A stretch of DNA of 64,000 nucleotides from Squalus acanthias (lineage: Eukaryota): contig CM059427.1 in assembly GCA_030390025.1 (NCBI GenBank), positions 5,580,001-5,644,000 of the forward strand, written 5' to 3'. Below are positions 35,751 through 50,574 of this stretch, in pieces. A program made the translations under genes and the position numbers. The notes below the pieces were generated by a model. That model did no database searches and was not told where the DNA came from. It was given only the letters and a program-made list of their open reading frames with translations. Positions within the stretch are counted from its first letter, which is position 1, and each line of letters opens with the position of its first letter.

Positions 35751-38384
35751 TCTTTCTTTACTTACAGTTGTGAGACACAGCCATATATGTCCAGGAACCA
35801 ATAACAAAGCACCAACTTCCTTAGAAAGTCACTAATGAGTGTTGCAAGACATAGGATTCCCCATGCCCCTCTCTCCCCTTACCGACAGCAGGACTGCACC
35901 AGTGTCAAATCATGCATTCTACTCCCACTTGTGCCAAACCTCAGGTTCACTGTCCAGCATTTGGCCAAACCTTTGGTTCTCGCTCCGCAGTGATGACAAA
36001 TCAAGCGACCTCTTATCCCCACTCACTCTCCATTTTGACCAACTCCAGGACCCTCACCCCAGTCCTGCCAAACCCCAGGACCATCCCCCAATGCGACCAA
36101 ACTGAGAACTGCCCTAAGTGGAGCTGAACCTCATTGTCCTTCCCCAGTACTGCTAAGTACCAGATATCTACCTCCAACTGTGCATCTTGCCTGCCATCTT
36201 GTTCATTCTCCACTTTAAAAATGGTCAGGGATAAAAATTAAATGTATAGGTAAAGGATATAAAAAATAAAAGCAGTTACAGTTTTGAATGACTTATATTT
36301 ACATAGCGCCTTTCATGACCACCGGATGTCTCAAAGCGCTTTACAGCCAATGAAGTACTTACTGAAGTGTTCACTGCATTCCACAATTCAGCCAATATTC
36401 AATCTCCAAAGCACCTATAAAAATCCCAGAATACCGTTTAAGAAAAATGGAATTTGATATATTTAGTCATTATAAATCAGTGCTCTTGATAGTCCCTACA
36501 TAACTCTGCATTGAATAAAATAGTAAATCCTCTGACTTACTGAGAAATGCCATGGGAGGTACACATGCACAGAGTAGGGCTATATGATTGTATAATACTC
36601 CAAAAACATAAGTATTATTAGAAATACATTCTCTTTCCTGTATAAGAATGGTACAGTAAATAATATAGGCTGTTTTGAGATTCGTAAAATTTTAAGATGG
36701 TATTTTGGAAGTGACGTTTAACACTTTCCTATTCAAACTTGTAATACATTCCACACAATTATTTTAAGTTCAGATGGACAGCTCAATTGAACAAATATTG
36801 AAAGGATATGATATTGTATTTTGTGTTTACCTGATTTAAAATGGAAAAGTACAGCAATACAATATTGAGTCTTGATAGTATATTAAAGTGTTTAGTTTTT
36901 TTTCAATTTTAGTTTAGGTTTTTGCTTGTACTTTGACATTGATGCAGTGCAAGGTTTCCCAAATGGTCAACATATGGGCTCTGAAGTAGAGTTTGTAGAG
37001 CAGCTGTTCCTGGTTGTTCCATGAATAGTCTGCCCAAGCATTTTCCCTCTCCAGTGTCTTTTTTAACTGCAGTATAAGGGTTGAGTTGTGTTTTTTTTTA
37101 AAATGGTGTTATTACAGTATCAGTTAATTGATTTAGGTAATACTGCTTTTCATCCTCTTCCTCTTCTCCTGTCCCCAAATAAAAACACACAAATGTTCCT
37201 TTTTAAGAGACAATGGGCATTAACCAGGGCTTTTCCCCCTTCCTGCCTTCCTCCAAGGAAGTCCTCCTTACTCCTTGTGGATCACTGCCTCCTATTTTCC
37301 CTCCAACAGACCAGCTTAGATTGGGATCTCAGTGACTTAGGAAATTCAAGGTGAAAATGCTTATATTACTCAATGATGCTGAACAGAGTTAGCTAATTGC
37401 TGCACTTTTTGAGTTTTTGATAAAAATCTGTCCCAGAATGAAGGAAGAAATGGTGGAAAGCAACTGAATGAGTTGCTAAGGGTTGTTGGAAGAATCCTGG
37501 GATGAGTCTTCTGAAAAGAAAAATAGTCACTAAACACAAATTCTTGCATATAGCTTTGAAATATTTATATGCATCTCTAGAGGCATTCTATAGATAAACA
37601 ATTTACATCTGTGGTTAGGGTGTGTACTGTATAGCTAGCTTGCCTCATCTTACTGAAAATTGACACTAAGTGTCCTAGTTTTTATTTTCCATTTATTTTG
37701 GAAGCATCTCTACCAATTTGGCATTTTCTACTGAACCTAGTATGTCAAACCTACAATAAAGCCTTCCTTTGTAGAAATTTAATTATCACTCTTTAGTATG
37801 TGCCATGTATGCAATATATGCTGAGCAAACCATATAGGATCTTGTTCCTTTGTGGTTGTAGTAGAAAAACAAAATGTACATATTTAGTTGTTGTTTAACG
37901 GGTTTCTTTCAAGTTGAACAAAACACATGCACGTTCCTAGATTTTGTTCCTGAGATCATTCCTACTTTAGCAAAATGGTAGACCAGAAGGTTTCAGGATG
38001 TCCTATTACTATAATATATGATAACCCTTGGGTATATATGGTGGAAATCTGAATTAAAAACAAAATTCTGTTTGTATACAGCAGGTCCGTCTGCATCTGA
38101 AAAGAGAGAAGGAATTAGCTCAATTTTGCGTAGATAATAATAGTGAGGCTAACCGCGCTCACCGTTCTAACTGAGTAAATCTGGGGTCTGCACATGCGCA
38201 GTTATGCATTCAGGAGGAAGTGAATTTTTAATGGGGTGATAATTACTGCCAAACAACTTCTCTGGCCCTGAAAATTTAATTTTACAAATGTGGAGTCTAA
38301 TTCCTTCAGAAATTAATTGGTGTTGGAGCTTTTAAAAAAAAAAACAACTTTCGATAAGGTACCACATAAAAGGTAGTTTTATGG

Positions 38385-39525
38385 TAAAGGCGGTTGGAGT
38401 AGAAGAGTAAGGTATTACATAAAATGCAAGGTAAGGACTCATGGGGTTGAGATAATGTATCAGCATGGATAGAGGATTGGTTAATGGACAGAAAATGGAG
38501 TAGGGATAAACGGGTCATTTTCAGGTTGGCAGGCTGTAACTAGTGGGGTGCCGCAAGGATCATTGCTTGGGCCTCAGCTATTTACAATCAATGACTTGGA
38601 TGAAGGGACCGAGTGTAATATATCCAAGTTTGCTGATGATTCCAAAGCTAGGTGGGAAAGTAAGCTGTGAGGAGGAGACCGAGAGCCTGCCAAGGGATAT
38701 AGACAGGTTAAGTGAGTGGGCAATAAAGTGTCAGATGGTGGATAATGAAGGGAAATGTGAGGTTATTCACTTTGGTATGAAGAATAGGAAAACGGAATAT
38801 TTTATAAATGGTGAGAAACTATTGAATGTTGGTGTTCAGAGAGATTTAGGTGTTCTAGTACAAGAAACACAGAGTTAGCATGCAGGTACAGCAAGCAATT
38901 AGGAAGGGAAATGGCATGTTGACCTTTATTGCTAGAGGATTGGAGTATTAAGAGTAAGGAAGTCTTGCTACAATTGTACAGGGCTTTGGTGAGACCACAC
39001 CTGGAGTACTGTGCACAGTTTTGGTCTCCTTTTCTAAGGAAGGATATACTTGCCTTTAGAGGCGATGCAACAAAGGTTCACTTGATTGATCCCTGGGATG
39101 AGATGGTTGTCCTAAGAGGAGAGAGTGAGTAGATTGGGGCTATACTCTCTGGAGGTGAGAGGTGATCTCATTGAAACATATAAAATTCTGAAGGGGATTG
39201 ACAGGGTAGATGCTGAGAGATTGTTTCCCCTGGCTGGAGAGTCTAGAACTAGGGGGCATAGTCTCAGGATAAGGGGTCAGCTATTTAAGACTGAGATGAG
39301 GAGAAATTTCTTTGAATCGTTGGAATTCTCTGCCCCAGAGGGCTGTGGATGCTGAGTCGTTGCGTATATTCAAGGCTGAGATAGATATAGATTTTTGGAA
39401 TCAAGGGATATGGAGATTGGGCGGGAAAGTGGAGTTGAGGTCGAAGATCAGTCATGATCTTATCGAATGGCGGAGTAGGCTCGAGTGGCTGTATGGCCTA
39501 CTCCTGCTCTGAATTCTTATGTTCT
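38385..39525 (+). mobile_element. CR1 LINE, 5'-truncated
   Basis: [38 protein letters not shown]; 3' UTR ending ttcttatgttctt. Confidence 0.92.
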
Positions 39526-42329
39526 TGTGAACAGCAAGCGCCGTTCTGTTGCCGCTGACTGCAAAATCTGGACCAATATAATTATTTGGGTGAAGCTTCT
39601 TTGGTAGTTTTAGGTGTTGGGCAGAGCTGGGGAATTGAATAAACAAATACAGTGACGTGAAAATTGTATGTAAGCATGCCATAATATATGCCGGTTGGAC
39701 CTTATATTTGCATGTTGGCGGGTACAAGCTGAAAAATGCATTTGGGTGAGAAGTGCTGAATGGGTTACTAAAATGAGAAGGGGTGGAGTGTACAAATAAA
39801 GAATATGATGCTACGATTAGAGAGCTAAGATGGGCCATTGAAGACGATATCCAAAAAGTGAGGAATACTTATCACGTTCTTTATCATAAATGCATGGCAT
39901 AAAATGGTATTCCATATCTGTACAACTTCACATACATCGCCTAGCATTGATTAAATGAAATGGCCACTTCTCTAATAATTAGTGAATTGTAGATTCTGTA
40001 AGAATGCGCATTGAGAATTCATGACATTCACATTTCTAAATATAAAGTTTTCACTAGTTGTGTGAATGGTTGAGTACAGGACTTTTACAGCTCAAATTGT
40101 TTAGATTAATTCATCTAAAACTGCTTTTGTGACTTGAAGAGTTGCATTTTATAAGGATTTATGGTTATCTGCAAAATAAATGTTTTTATTTTTGTGTATT
40201 TGATTTCACAATTGCAATAATCATTTCAAGATATTAATGTTCAGTGTTTGCATAATTAATGTTCAGTATTGTCAAATTAACAAAACATCTGCTATCTTCT
40301 GATCAGTTACCCAATAGTTTAACAGTTGCTCAATGTATTTTAACTGGTAAATGGGAACCGAATCAATAAAATTTTCCGTTTTCTCTTACGATCAGTCTTC
40401 ATAACCCCCGCCACACTGAGTTTATAATGGAGTGCTGTATGTGGTGTCAGGTTACTAACTTGATCGAAACGCAGCTTTCAATCTGACGTGGCTCAGATTG
40501 TGAACTGAGTGGAGTGGATCTTGAACCTGTATCTGTCCCCACGCCATGACCCTAGTGTACTAATGCTTAAACCAACATTCTGCCCCAGTATACCGAATTT
40601 GTATTTTGGTTTGTATCATTTTACAATTACATGCAACCCACTATATTGCTTGATACACATTTCCTATGAATCTCTAACTTTATCCTAAAAATTGAATTCC
40701 AAAGATGTACTGGAAATTAATGTGATTTGAGCACAATAAATTTCCCTCCCCATGGTTTCTAGACTTTGTATGCTACCGTGTTTGAGGAGAACTATAATTG
40801 GATCTAAAGGTTCCATGGCATGTTTTGCAATTCTTTGTTGTGGATTCCCTTTTGATTTCTGTCCCTGTTGTGATCTTTGGGTCATTTTGAGGGCATCAAC
40901 CCAAACACATCTGGCAATTATTTCATTCATTCCTTTTCCCATTTTCTCCAGTTTAATAACTTCTAACCTTAAGCATATTGCATCAAATACTCATTAATAT
41001 TTGAAAATCCTCTTGCTTTAGCTGCTTTGTCAAATTGCCAATGCTCCACTTCTAAAGTGAGGGCTTTCACATTATGTTTAATATGTATTGTGGACTCCTT
41101 ACTATATTGGCATAATGTTCAATGACCCACCAGTCTCGGGAGTCCTCTGTTTAGGATAGATTGTAGAGCAGAAAGCATCATTGGTTAAAAAGCAGTCCCA
41201 TTCCCTCCTCTCTCCTTTTCTAATTGCATCTGTGGCAAATATTTCTTCAGAAATCTGGAAATAAAACAAAAATTATATTTTTGTGTTCCACCTTGTGTAT
41301 TTTCTAGCTTAAGTTACAGTACTGAAGCAAGTGCTTGGCAGTTGCATACGTCACTTCCTGAAATATAGGGATAAAATTACACTTGAGACCAGCTACCAGT
41401 AAACTTGATTTGCTGCATGATTCTGTTACCCCTATGAAAAGATCGAGAGAAGGAGGAAATGGTTACTGAGTTGAATGAAGTCTTAAAAGCACCAAAGATG
41501 CAGGAACTTCCTGTCGTTGAACCTTGTGGTTCATTGCTGACCTTGAACGAAACTGAATGATGCCACGTGCAGCCTATAGGAACCAGAAGAAAGTATTTCC
41601 TTTTAAAATCGATCATGGTAGACGCTATATTCCGTTGCTTTAACATAATACACGTATGTCTGGAAATCGTCTTTCAATTTGTGAAGAACAATCTGTATAC
41701 ATGAGATTTTAAACATGCTGTTTGATGTACACCAGCAGTTTTCAAACTTTTCTTTGTCGGGGCCACTGCGTATATTGGCCCATTTGAGTTTTGGCCATTT
41801 AGTGCTATCATTGCAGAAAATGTTTATTGATATACAGCAAAATAGTGACTGTGCTAGTAAGTAAAAAAAAAAATACAGAAGTTTGTCTTTGGGGAACTCT
41901 CTTTGCATTCTTAACGTGCAGCGGGTTTGCATACTATGTGAAATTGCGTGTGGTCGGTGCTTTCATCCCAATCTTTTGCTCCCCAAATTTTCAATTTTTT
42001 TCCATGCTTTCATATATACCCTGATGGCCCCAACGCTACCTTTCTGCCAGCACACTTGACACTGCAGTTGTCGAACTGCCTGTTTTAAGTCTTGGATGCT
42101 CCAGAAATGTCTTCAGTTCAGCATTAAAACTGAAGCTACCCTGCTTGGCACCTGCCAAAAGCTTTGTGCCTCAAATGCTCACTCTATTTCCTTCCCATTT
42201 GGTTGTCTGACTGAATCCACTGATGTGTACTGTTATGTTTTATCCTGAGCTACATTTCAAACTCCACATCTGGTCCATTTGCTAAGGCCAATTATTTCCA
42301 CCTTTATAACATTGCCTGTTAGATTTGTG

Positions 42330-42600
42330 CAGGGGTATCATTCCGAGGTGCAGGTTGGCCTCTGGTATTTTGCTGAAGTGGCCATTTTACATGTATGGGT
42401 CTAGACAATGAGTATTGGTGGGCTGTTTGATCGTTGCAGTCGTGATCGCTTCTGTCCTCCCGGCATCCACACATGTGCAAAGGGTCGTGATCAGTATTGG
42501 TCACCTGGCTGATTTTTTTTTTTGTTTCTCTCCCCTGCTCTGTGTCCAAGCCAGAAGCACAGAGCAGTTATAGTAGCTGTCACATTACAGGATTTTGTCC
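42330..42600 (-). mobile_element. Degenerate LF-SINE-like element
   Basis: ctgtcctcccggcatccacacatg..agggtc..gatcag..cctggctgattttt matches the LF-SINE middle region in reverse. Confidence 0.45.
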
Positions 42601-43465
42601 TCGTTTTCCACGGAAAATAATTGGGTTAAGATTTCTGTAATACAGAATGCCGCGGAGTTATTCTGTTTTAACTTAAGTAAGATGCCCAATTAATGTGGGA
42701 AATGTAATGGATTTGTGTGATTTATATGGCAACTAATGGTATTGATGAGAATAAATGAATTTGGTCACAACTGTTACTTTATAAAGCATCTTAACTTTTG
42801 GTATCAATCCTGATCTCGCCAACTGTTTGCTTAATCTGCTTGCAGAGAGAGTGAAGAAGTACACACGTTAAAGATATGAATATCTGGTTTGGGTCACAAG
42901 GGGGTTTGATATTATTGTAGATATAGAACAGTGTGAGTCATCTCCCATAAAGGTAAAATGTTCAGAGCACTTAAGGGAGCAACTGATATCAGTAAACCAG
43001 AGAGGGTATCTATGGCAGACCCGAATTTGTAACAGTAACCAGATTGCTACCTTAGCTGAGTTTGGTTAACTTGGAATAAGTCATGACTTGCGCAACATTT
43101 ATAGCACAGCTACTTTCTGATTTTCAATTCTTCATTTTCTTCCAACTCATCTCCCCCGCCCCAAAATCTACTTTGCCTCCTTTCCCTGTTGCAATCAATC
43201 AGAGTGGCGGTGGGCATGTTTGGTTGTTGCATCTTTACTATTGCCACGGGGTAAAGCAGTTGGCAATTTTGTTGATTTTTGGTTTCCATTTACTGGTATT
43301 GTTGTGAGCAAGGCATAAGAATGCGCCCAATCCAGTTGAGCTGGTGGTGATGATGGATGGTTGCCATTTCACTTGAGAATGGGTGTTTTGTTTAGTGATG
43401 GGGTTGGCACATTTAATTCCAAGCATAGTGGGATACCAGCTGCATAGATGTTCAGTGGAGTCTAA

Positions 43466-44258
43466 GGGCTGGATTTTGTCAATGAATGCACGTTGGGGGT
43501 GGGACTGCTGGTTTTTGGGTTTCAGTCCCGCCCCCAGCGACGTCTGAGCAACCCACGCTATTTTCCCTTGATTGACCTTGTTAAGCCTGCGGGCTTAACG
43601 GCCAATCAAGGGAAAACTGGTGACCGATGACATCAGCGTATGACACTTCATCTGTCATTTTTTGACAGATGAATTGTCAGCGTTTGACAGCTTTGAGAAG
43701 CTATCAAACACTGACCATCTCTGTTCTAAGGTGAGCCCTTGCACAGAAGGCTCACCAAAACCTCTTTCCTCCGTAGAAAGCAGATGGCTGCTGCATCTGA
43801 GAATGCAGCAGCCATTCTGTCATCTCTGCCATTGAGATGAGGCACCTCCGGATCCCCAAGGGTTGAAGCCTGCAGAAAGAAGCAAAGGCAAGGAAACTTT
43901 TTCCAACACTTTACATTCACCTCTCATACTTACCTGTCCACACTTGCACCCATCACTCACCTCCTACAGCTGACATTTCGGCCTCTCTCACCCCCACAGA
44001 CCCACTGCTCGCCTTGCTGACCCTGGCGAGGTTCGCAGCCGTCGGGAAGCCCGCAATTGCAGGCGTAAAATGGGGACAGGCAGTTAATTGGCTCTAATCC
44101 CCTTCCCGCCTCGAGGAGATGGGTCCCTGCACGACTCGGGGACCCGCCTCCCGGGAAGATGGCACGGGAGGCGGGTTGGGAGCGGGGTTGATATCCGCTC
44201 TCAGTTTCTGCCATTTTCCCGGCAGTCCCGCCTCCTCAGGACTGGTAAAATCCAGCCC
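43466..44258. mobile_element. Harbinger-type MITE
   Basis: TIR gggctggatttt / aaaatccagccc; colinear with 59208-60044. Confidence 0.8.
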
Positions 44259-46434
44259 CATGGCTCTGTGTAAGAATACTTTGGAAACTTATTCCCTAAT
44301 GTTTCAAACGTGGTTTATTTGAAACCTATTTAGGCCCACTGAGTTTATGTCAGAGGTTAAACTATAATAATCCCTTTATGAAACATTTGTGACGCAAATT
44401 GAAAGAATAGGAGATCTCCGATGCCATTGCACATTGGTCGTCTGGGACCTGGAGCATGGTTCCTGATGCTAGCTGTGAATATGTAGCAACTTGAACAAGA
44501 CAGTGGCTTCCCACTTGCTGTAATACATTTACTGGTACGAGGTAAAAATATGACACACACTACTGATACTGAAAGTTAAAGGGCCTCATTATATTTGCAA
44601 TGTTCGCCTATTATTTTGCAAAACATGCCTAAGGTGCACATAAATTTCTTCTGACCTCTATTTACAGTTATTTATACTTTAAATTTACTGTGTCTCCCAC
44701 AACAGATGCAAGTAGTTTTATTTTTTCCTCTCTTCCCAAAAACATTATTCTCAATTTAAAAAAAAAAGGGAAGTCCTTGATGAAACTGTGGCTGGTTTTT
44801 CCCACCGTTAATGCTCTTGTTCATGGGGTCATTTGCCATGGTTCATGACTAACTGACTCTGGCTGCATTGTCTGAGTTCAGCATTGAAGTACCTCATAAA
44901 CATCAGAGACTCTGACAAGAAAATACTCATCCCAAACAGCATGTATTAGCTCATAATTTTTATTAACTACTTAAACTCTCATGGCAATTTTTTTCCCCCT
45001 GCCACTCATGGTTATTTATAACTTTTCCGCCAGATTGACACATGGTGCAAGTTGTCACATTGCATTCTGAGTATCGTGATTCATCCCGAGGATGGGGGTT
45101 TGGCGGGGGGTGGGATGGGGTGGGGGGGGCGGTGGGAAGAGCTGAAAAGTACAATTCCATACATATATTCTTTCAGTCTCTTATTTTCTTGCTTTCTGTC
45201 TCGTTTGTGTGCTCGCGCTCTCACCCACCCCAAAGTAAAGGTTTTGAAATTTGTCCCCTCATTTTTCACAGTTAAAGAAAAGCTACTGATCAGAAAGTGC
45301 TAGCAGGTAATGAAAAATATCCTGTCAGCTCAGCTGATTCAATGACACTTGTGAATCCCAGGAAGTTAGGTACACTGCTCATTCTCAGACTGCACAATCA
45401 AAATTCAGCTCACAGTCACAGACTAAGCTTTTGGGAGAGGCTGAGATTTTCGGGTAAAGTCTGCAATGAAGCAACTGAGACACATACGAGAATTCAATTG
45501 ATAAATCTAACCATGTCATTGTGAAACATATATATGTTTAAATTTTGGTTAAACACTTATTTTTGGACATTCGAAAGTTCAGTTCCTGATAGGAAAAACG
45601 GCAGATACAATGTTTTTCATAATTTTAAGAAAATTGTGGAACCACAGTGGGCAGATTGCGCAATCAGAGAGGCAAATTTACATAGAATATGTAGCACACA
45701 GTTTCTGTAAGTGTCACACTTACTTTCCCAAACACCTTTCAATAATCAATTCTGTCAAGCTTAATATATTTATTATATGCTCACCTTGGAAATTATCTAG
45801 CTCCATCTCTCCACAGAAAAAATTGGGCATCTCCAACAATGCCACGTCTGCCCTCTTCTCCCTTTCCTGCTGCTGCTTCTTGGTGTTCCCTCCTCCATGT
45901 ACAGTGCCTTTCCCCCAATCACCTTTTCTAACTCCTGCCATCTCTTCCTGTTACCCAGTTCTTTCTTTCCCATTCCCCCTAACCATTCTATCCATTTTGG
46001 ATTGTAAGGAATTCCTGAATGCTGTTTCCTATCTTCAGGTGCTTGTGCTATTTAAAGTGCAACACAGTAATATTTGCTGACTGTAAGGGAGCTGAGACAG
46101 CTAGGGGCACACCATGCAATGGGGGCACCTGGCATCCCTTTAAGGACCAGGAGGTCATCAGGCCTCATTTCTCTTCGCCCTGCTCCCCCTCAATCCTGCT
46201 GGATCTTTACCCACTCTCGCAACACACTGAGACCGCACTCACCCGAATATTAATAGCACCCTCCAATACTCCAATGGGCCTCTCAGCAACACAACAGCCA
46301 TCCAATCCCTATTGGTTACAGCATTTCTTCAAATTATGTAGATGTTATAACCTGCAGAGTTCAGTCTTGCTGTCATATCTGTTATGGCCAGGTCAAAACC
46401 ATAACTGTTATATTAAAAATCTATGATTCTTATA

Positions 46435-46580
46435 AGAAAGAACTTGCATTTATATAGTGCCTTTCATGAAATCAGGGCGCCCCAAAAGACTTCACAGCCA
46501 CTGACGTACTTTTGATGTGTAGTCATTGTTGTAATGTAGGGAAATGGAGCAGCCAATTTACACACAACAAGATCTCACAA
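46435..46580 (-). mobile_element. Deu-SINE 3' tail fragment
   Basis: acttgcatttatatagtgcctttcatga..cacagcca..gtacttttga; similar tail fragments at ~24905, ~28790 and ~36290. Confidence 0.75.
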
Positions 46581-47144
46581 ATATGAGCCTACGTTATACC
46601 CATAATATAGGCTCACATTTGAGAAATCAATTTGTAAGAAAGAGGCACTTTGCTTGAAGGATGAACAGCAAGATTAGTAATGCATATACAAAGGAATGCT
46701 GATAGCCACCAGTGAAATCTATACTAAGCCTATCCTGATGAAATTGTTGCTTATTAGCTCAGTGTCAATTCTTTCAAACACTTGTGTTCCATGATGGTTT
46801 TCCCATATGCTTATGTCCGTTGGTAATCAACAGTATTCCCAGCATGTGGTTGCAGAAGATGGTATTTTTTCTTAACATAACCTGTATTTAAGCTAAGGAA
46901 CACAGTATAGAGAGGAAGCCCATAAGCTATGGAGGAGAGTGCACCATTCTTGTCTCAGTTCAAAAGCATTTTAAGATGTTTGACTATGTGCTTGAGGTAT
47001 GAACAAGGAACTGTGCACTGACATACCTTTTGCCCTAATGTCAGATTGTTAGGATGGTAAATTGTGACCTTAACAAAGTTTATGTTGTGCAATGTTTTTT
47101 CTTTAATAAATTAATGAAGGGGGGGCCACTTGAAATTTTTTTTT

Positions 47145-47400
47145 ATTCGTTTATGGGATGTGGGTGTCGCTGGCAAGGCCAGCATTTATTGCCCATCCCT
47201 AATTGCCGTTGAGAAGGTGGTGGTGAGCCGCCTTCTTGAACCACTGCAGTCCGTGTGGTGAAGGTACTCCCACAGTGCTGTTAGGTAGGGAGTTCCATGA
47301 TTTTGACCCAGCAACGATGAAGGATTGGCGATATACTTCTAAGTCAGGATGGTGTGTGACTTGGAGGGGAACTTGGAGGTGGTGGTGTTCCCATGCGCCT
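47145..47400 (-). mobile_element. Short 3' fragment of the tRNA-headed LINE family
   Basis: GAWEHHHLQVPLQVTHHPDLE..HHHLLNGN plus the same tail as at 50575. Confidence 0.9.
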
Positions 47401-47761
47401 GAATAACTTGAAACTTGAAATATAGCAATTGTAACATTTGTTGCCTGTTTCATTTTTATAAAATCCAACTTTGTTGAAAATATAAATGAGTGGATTTTTC
47501 TGTTTCCTAAAATATTTTTCAACATTGCATAAGTTCTACTGTGGTCAGAACAGCCTGTCTTCTAATTTATACCTCTTTGCTTGTGTTTGATTATTGGAGA
47601 CCTTGAAGTTCCTCCCCACCCCAATCCATCCTATTGGTCAGGTGGGTAAAAACACCAGATTGTTTTACAAGTCACACAGACCTAGAAGGCTCCAGGTTTG
47701 ATGTTGGTCTATTTTGGGTGAGCCAATCTCAGCTTGGATGGCCTCAGCATCTCTGAGGAAG

Positions 47762-48425
47762 TGACCCGAGTCTACTCTGCTGCAGAATACTCTGCCTCAT
47801 GGTCCTGCAGCCGGCACACAAAGATCGTGGACGTGCAGCTAAACGATACTCTGGGACACTCCAGTCCACTCCAACTGAGTGGCTCATGGTGCTGTCCCAC
47901 ATTGCCTCGCCTGCCATTCGCCGTGACGTCACCGTGGTCCGTGAGATGGAAAAAATCATGATCGACCATTCCATTCACAAAGACTTTAAAAACCCACCAC
48001 TAAAGTGCTTAAAATTGCAATGGCCATTGTGGGAAACAGCAGCCAATATTCCTGCAGCTGGTATCCACCCACTACCCAGATGGTCGGAATCGTGGGACGC
48101 ATGCAACATGAAGAATCAACACCTCATCACTGACCCAACAGCAGAGGTCCCTGGCTTTAACCTCCCTTGAAGACAGTGGACAGCACTCAACCCAATCTGC
48201 ACCAGGCATGGACGATGCGTCCACCTGCTCCACAAGTGGAAGATGAGGGGCGACCCGAAGTGTGACTATCCATGAGTCCCAGACCATGGAACACTTCACA
48301 TCAACCTGCCCACTAAGATCTGTTGCAGGAGGCACCTCATTCTCCACTCGGCATCTCAGGAGGTCATCGAATGGACAGCCAAACTAGACATCCCATTGTA
48401 AGCTTTTCCCGTCGTATGAAAGAAG
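47762..48425 (+). mobile_element. Vingi/Ingi-clade LINE 3' end, inserted in an LF-SINE-like relic
   Basis: VYSAAEYS..SRHTKIVDVQLNDT..SGTLQSTPTEWLMVLSHIASPAIRR..PGFNLP..W..LN..GRC.HLLHKW..CD..QTMEH..CP..LDIPL*; ends cgtatgaaagaag. Confidence 0.8.
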
Positions 48426-50574
48426 GTGGTAGTAAAAATGAAAACTGGCATTGATTCCTGCTTGTGATAGTTATCAAGTGACCCTGCTGGTATTTCTTCT
48501 CCACCAGTGGCAACCAACTGCTCTCTTGGCTGAGATGAGCAAATTAAGAAAAGATCTGGGATCAAACGTTGTCTGAGTGTCTCATTACCATACCAAATTG
48601 TGTTTTTACCGATTTTAGCCATTTTGGGATTTTCCTCCAGTACTTATTTTGAAGACTTCAGTTACAAACAACTTGCTATGTTAAATGTGCTATATAAATG
48701 TAAGAAGTTGTTGCTTATCAAATGTCAGTTCATTACTAACTGAATATGTTACAAAATAAATAAAATGGAATATCGAAATTCACAGCTGTGTGTCTATCAA
48801 AATGATGCTGATCATTATTCTTCAATAATGACCAATTTGAACTTTTGGTAATACCTATTCTTCAATAACTACCAAGCTGTACTTTTGGTAAATGCTAGTG
48901 TTTCCAGCATCTTCTGTTTTTCTTTGTACATTTGGTAATACCCATTGAAGAGCTAAATGGATGTTACTGTTATTTGTTTGGAAAGTATGATACTTGGTGA
49001 ATAGGAGAATTAATTGTTAAACTGAAGAAGAATTCTGGATGCTCCAATGTGGGCAGTTGCTTCAATCCTGTCTTGTCTTTTTAATTAAAAATGATTTATG
49101 TGAAAATGCTACTGTAGTGCTTTTTTTCAAAAAAGAAACACTGACTGAAGGATATTGTAAACTGAGAATTTCCCTTGAGTGGTTTAATTGACCCATATTG
49201 TTTTGTGGCTCTTCACTTTTTCAGATTTATTTTTTGGAGACCTGGAAAAATTAGAGGCTAATATTTTTTTTGAACATTAATAGATGCAGTGCATGTAACT
49301 CTTATGGTGTTCACTATTTTAGAGAAACCACTTTCTGCACAGAGTGCATAAAATTGTGTAATCTTCAAAGAAGAAAATGAAAATGGTACTGCGCACCATA
49401 ATTTATAAGACGAAAGAGAAGCGCAAGTGACTGGAGAAATGGCTGTCTGGAGGAAGACTGGAAGAAGTAGTCATTATATTTTTGAAGGGAAAGGCTCACT
49501 CTTTCCCCCCCACTCCCTGCCTCTTGTCCACTCTGTACCATTCTGAAATTGTGGTGGCCTACTTTAAAGGCCTTTGCTAGTGGAGTTCCAAACCATCCCC
49601 TGGGAGTTGTGTAGGAACACCCTTAGAATTTAATTCTTTTATTTCACCTCCCCCACAAACCATATGAGTAAGATCAAGACTCGCTAGCGTTTGTGAGGGT
49701 GGAGGTGGCTGTGACTGTGAACTCTAATTCCACCACAAAGTGCATTTTTGTTTGCAGTTTTGAGGGGAGTTTTGCCCTGCCAGTTTTCTCCTCTTTCCAG
49801 GGGTGCTGAATTATAGCACCCCTACTACTATCGCCGACCTGGCATCAAGTCTGGACCTTCCTATCGTTCAGCTATTTACTGCATAAACTCATTGAGCCAC
49901 TGGAGGATCTGGGAGTTCTTAAATAAAAGCAATATTGATTTGGTGTCGACAAATAGAAGCTATTCAGTTGTAATTTCTATTTAGTCTTGAAGACAGGAGT
50001 GTGAAATATTTGTTTCTGTAAGTGATGTCCATTCACACCTTCCAACCATGCTGTGAAGAATTGTGGAATGGGCTGCCTATCAAATATGAATCGATCTTTA
50101 AGGATGCAGATTTAAACCAAGCTTTAAGTAACTTCCTCTTGTCATACTTTTGGTTCTTTTTGAAAATTGATATACTGGAAACTTTTCTTTCCATCCAGAA
50201 GATATGTTTATGGCTGTCTTTAAATAAACTAGTTAGACATCTGTGAACTCTGAACAGTAGATTGAACTGAACTGCTGCAGATTGATGCACTTTTGCAGCA
50301 AAATACCAGGAAACCTTGCACTCGATGTTTTCATTGGGCAATTTTTTTAATGAAAAAGTTATATTTGTGGTTTTTGTTTCTTTGCCTAGTCTGTTTTGGA
50401 AAGTTTAGAAATGCTTCTTCATTCAGTCTTAAAATCAAAAACTAATTTTGAATATTTCTATATTATCAAAAGTTAATATTTGCATGCTTTAAATGTTGGA
50501 ATGCAACTAAGATCAATTTCTTCCTGGAATTTTATTGGAATAAAATTGTAGCCCAGTTGCCAAACCAAAATTTA

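Noticed and set aside
41380-41600. Coding-like unique stretch (EKEEMVTELNEVLKAPKMQELP)
   Set aside because: No convincing acceptor site, interrupted by stops, and no recognised homolog.
45092-45136. G-run cluster able to form a G-quadruplex
   Set aside because: Common low-complexity feature with no functional context visible.
45610-46426. 156-aa and 135-aa ORFs
   Set aside because: No recognisable homology or splice context; partly low-complexity pyrimidine tract.
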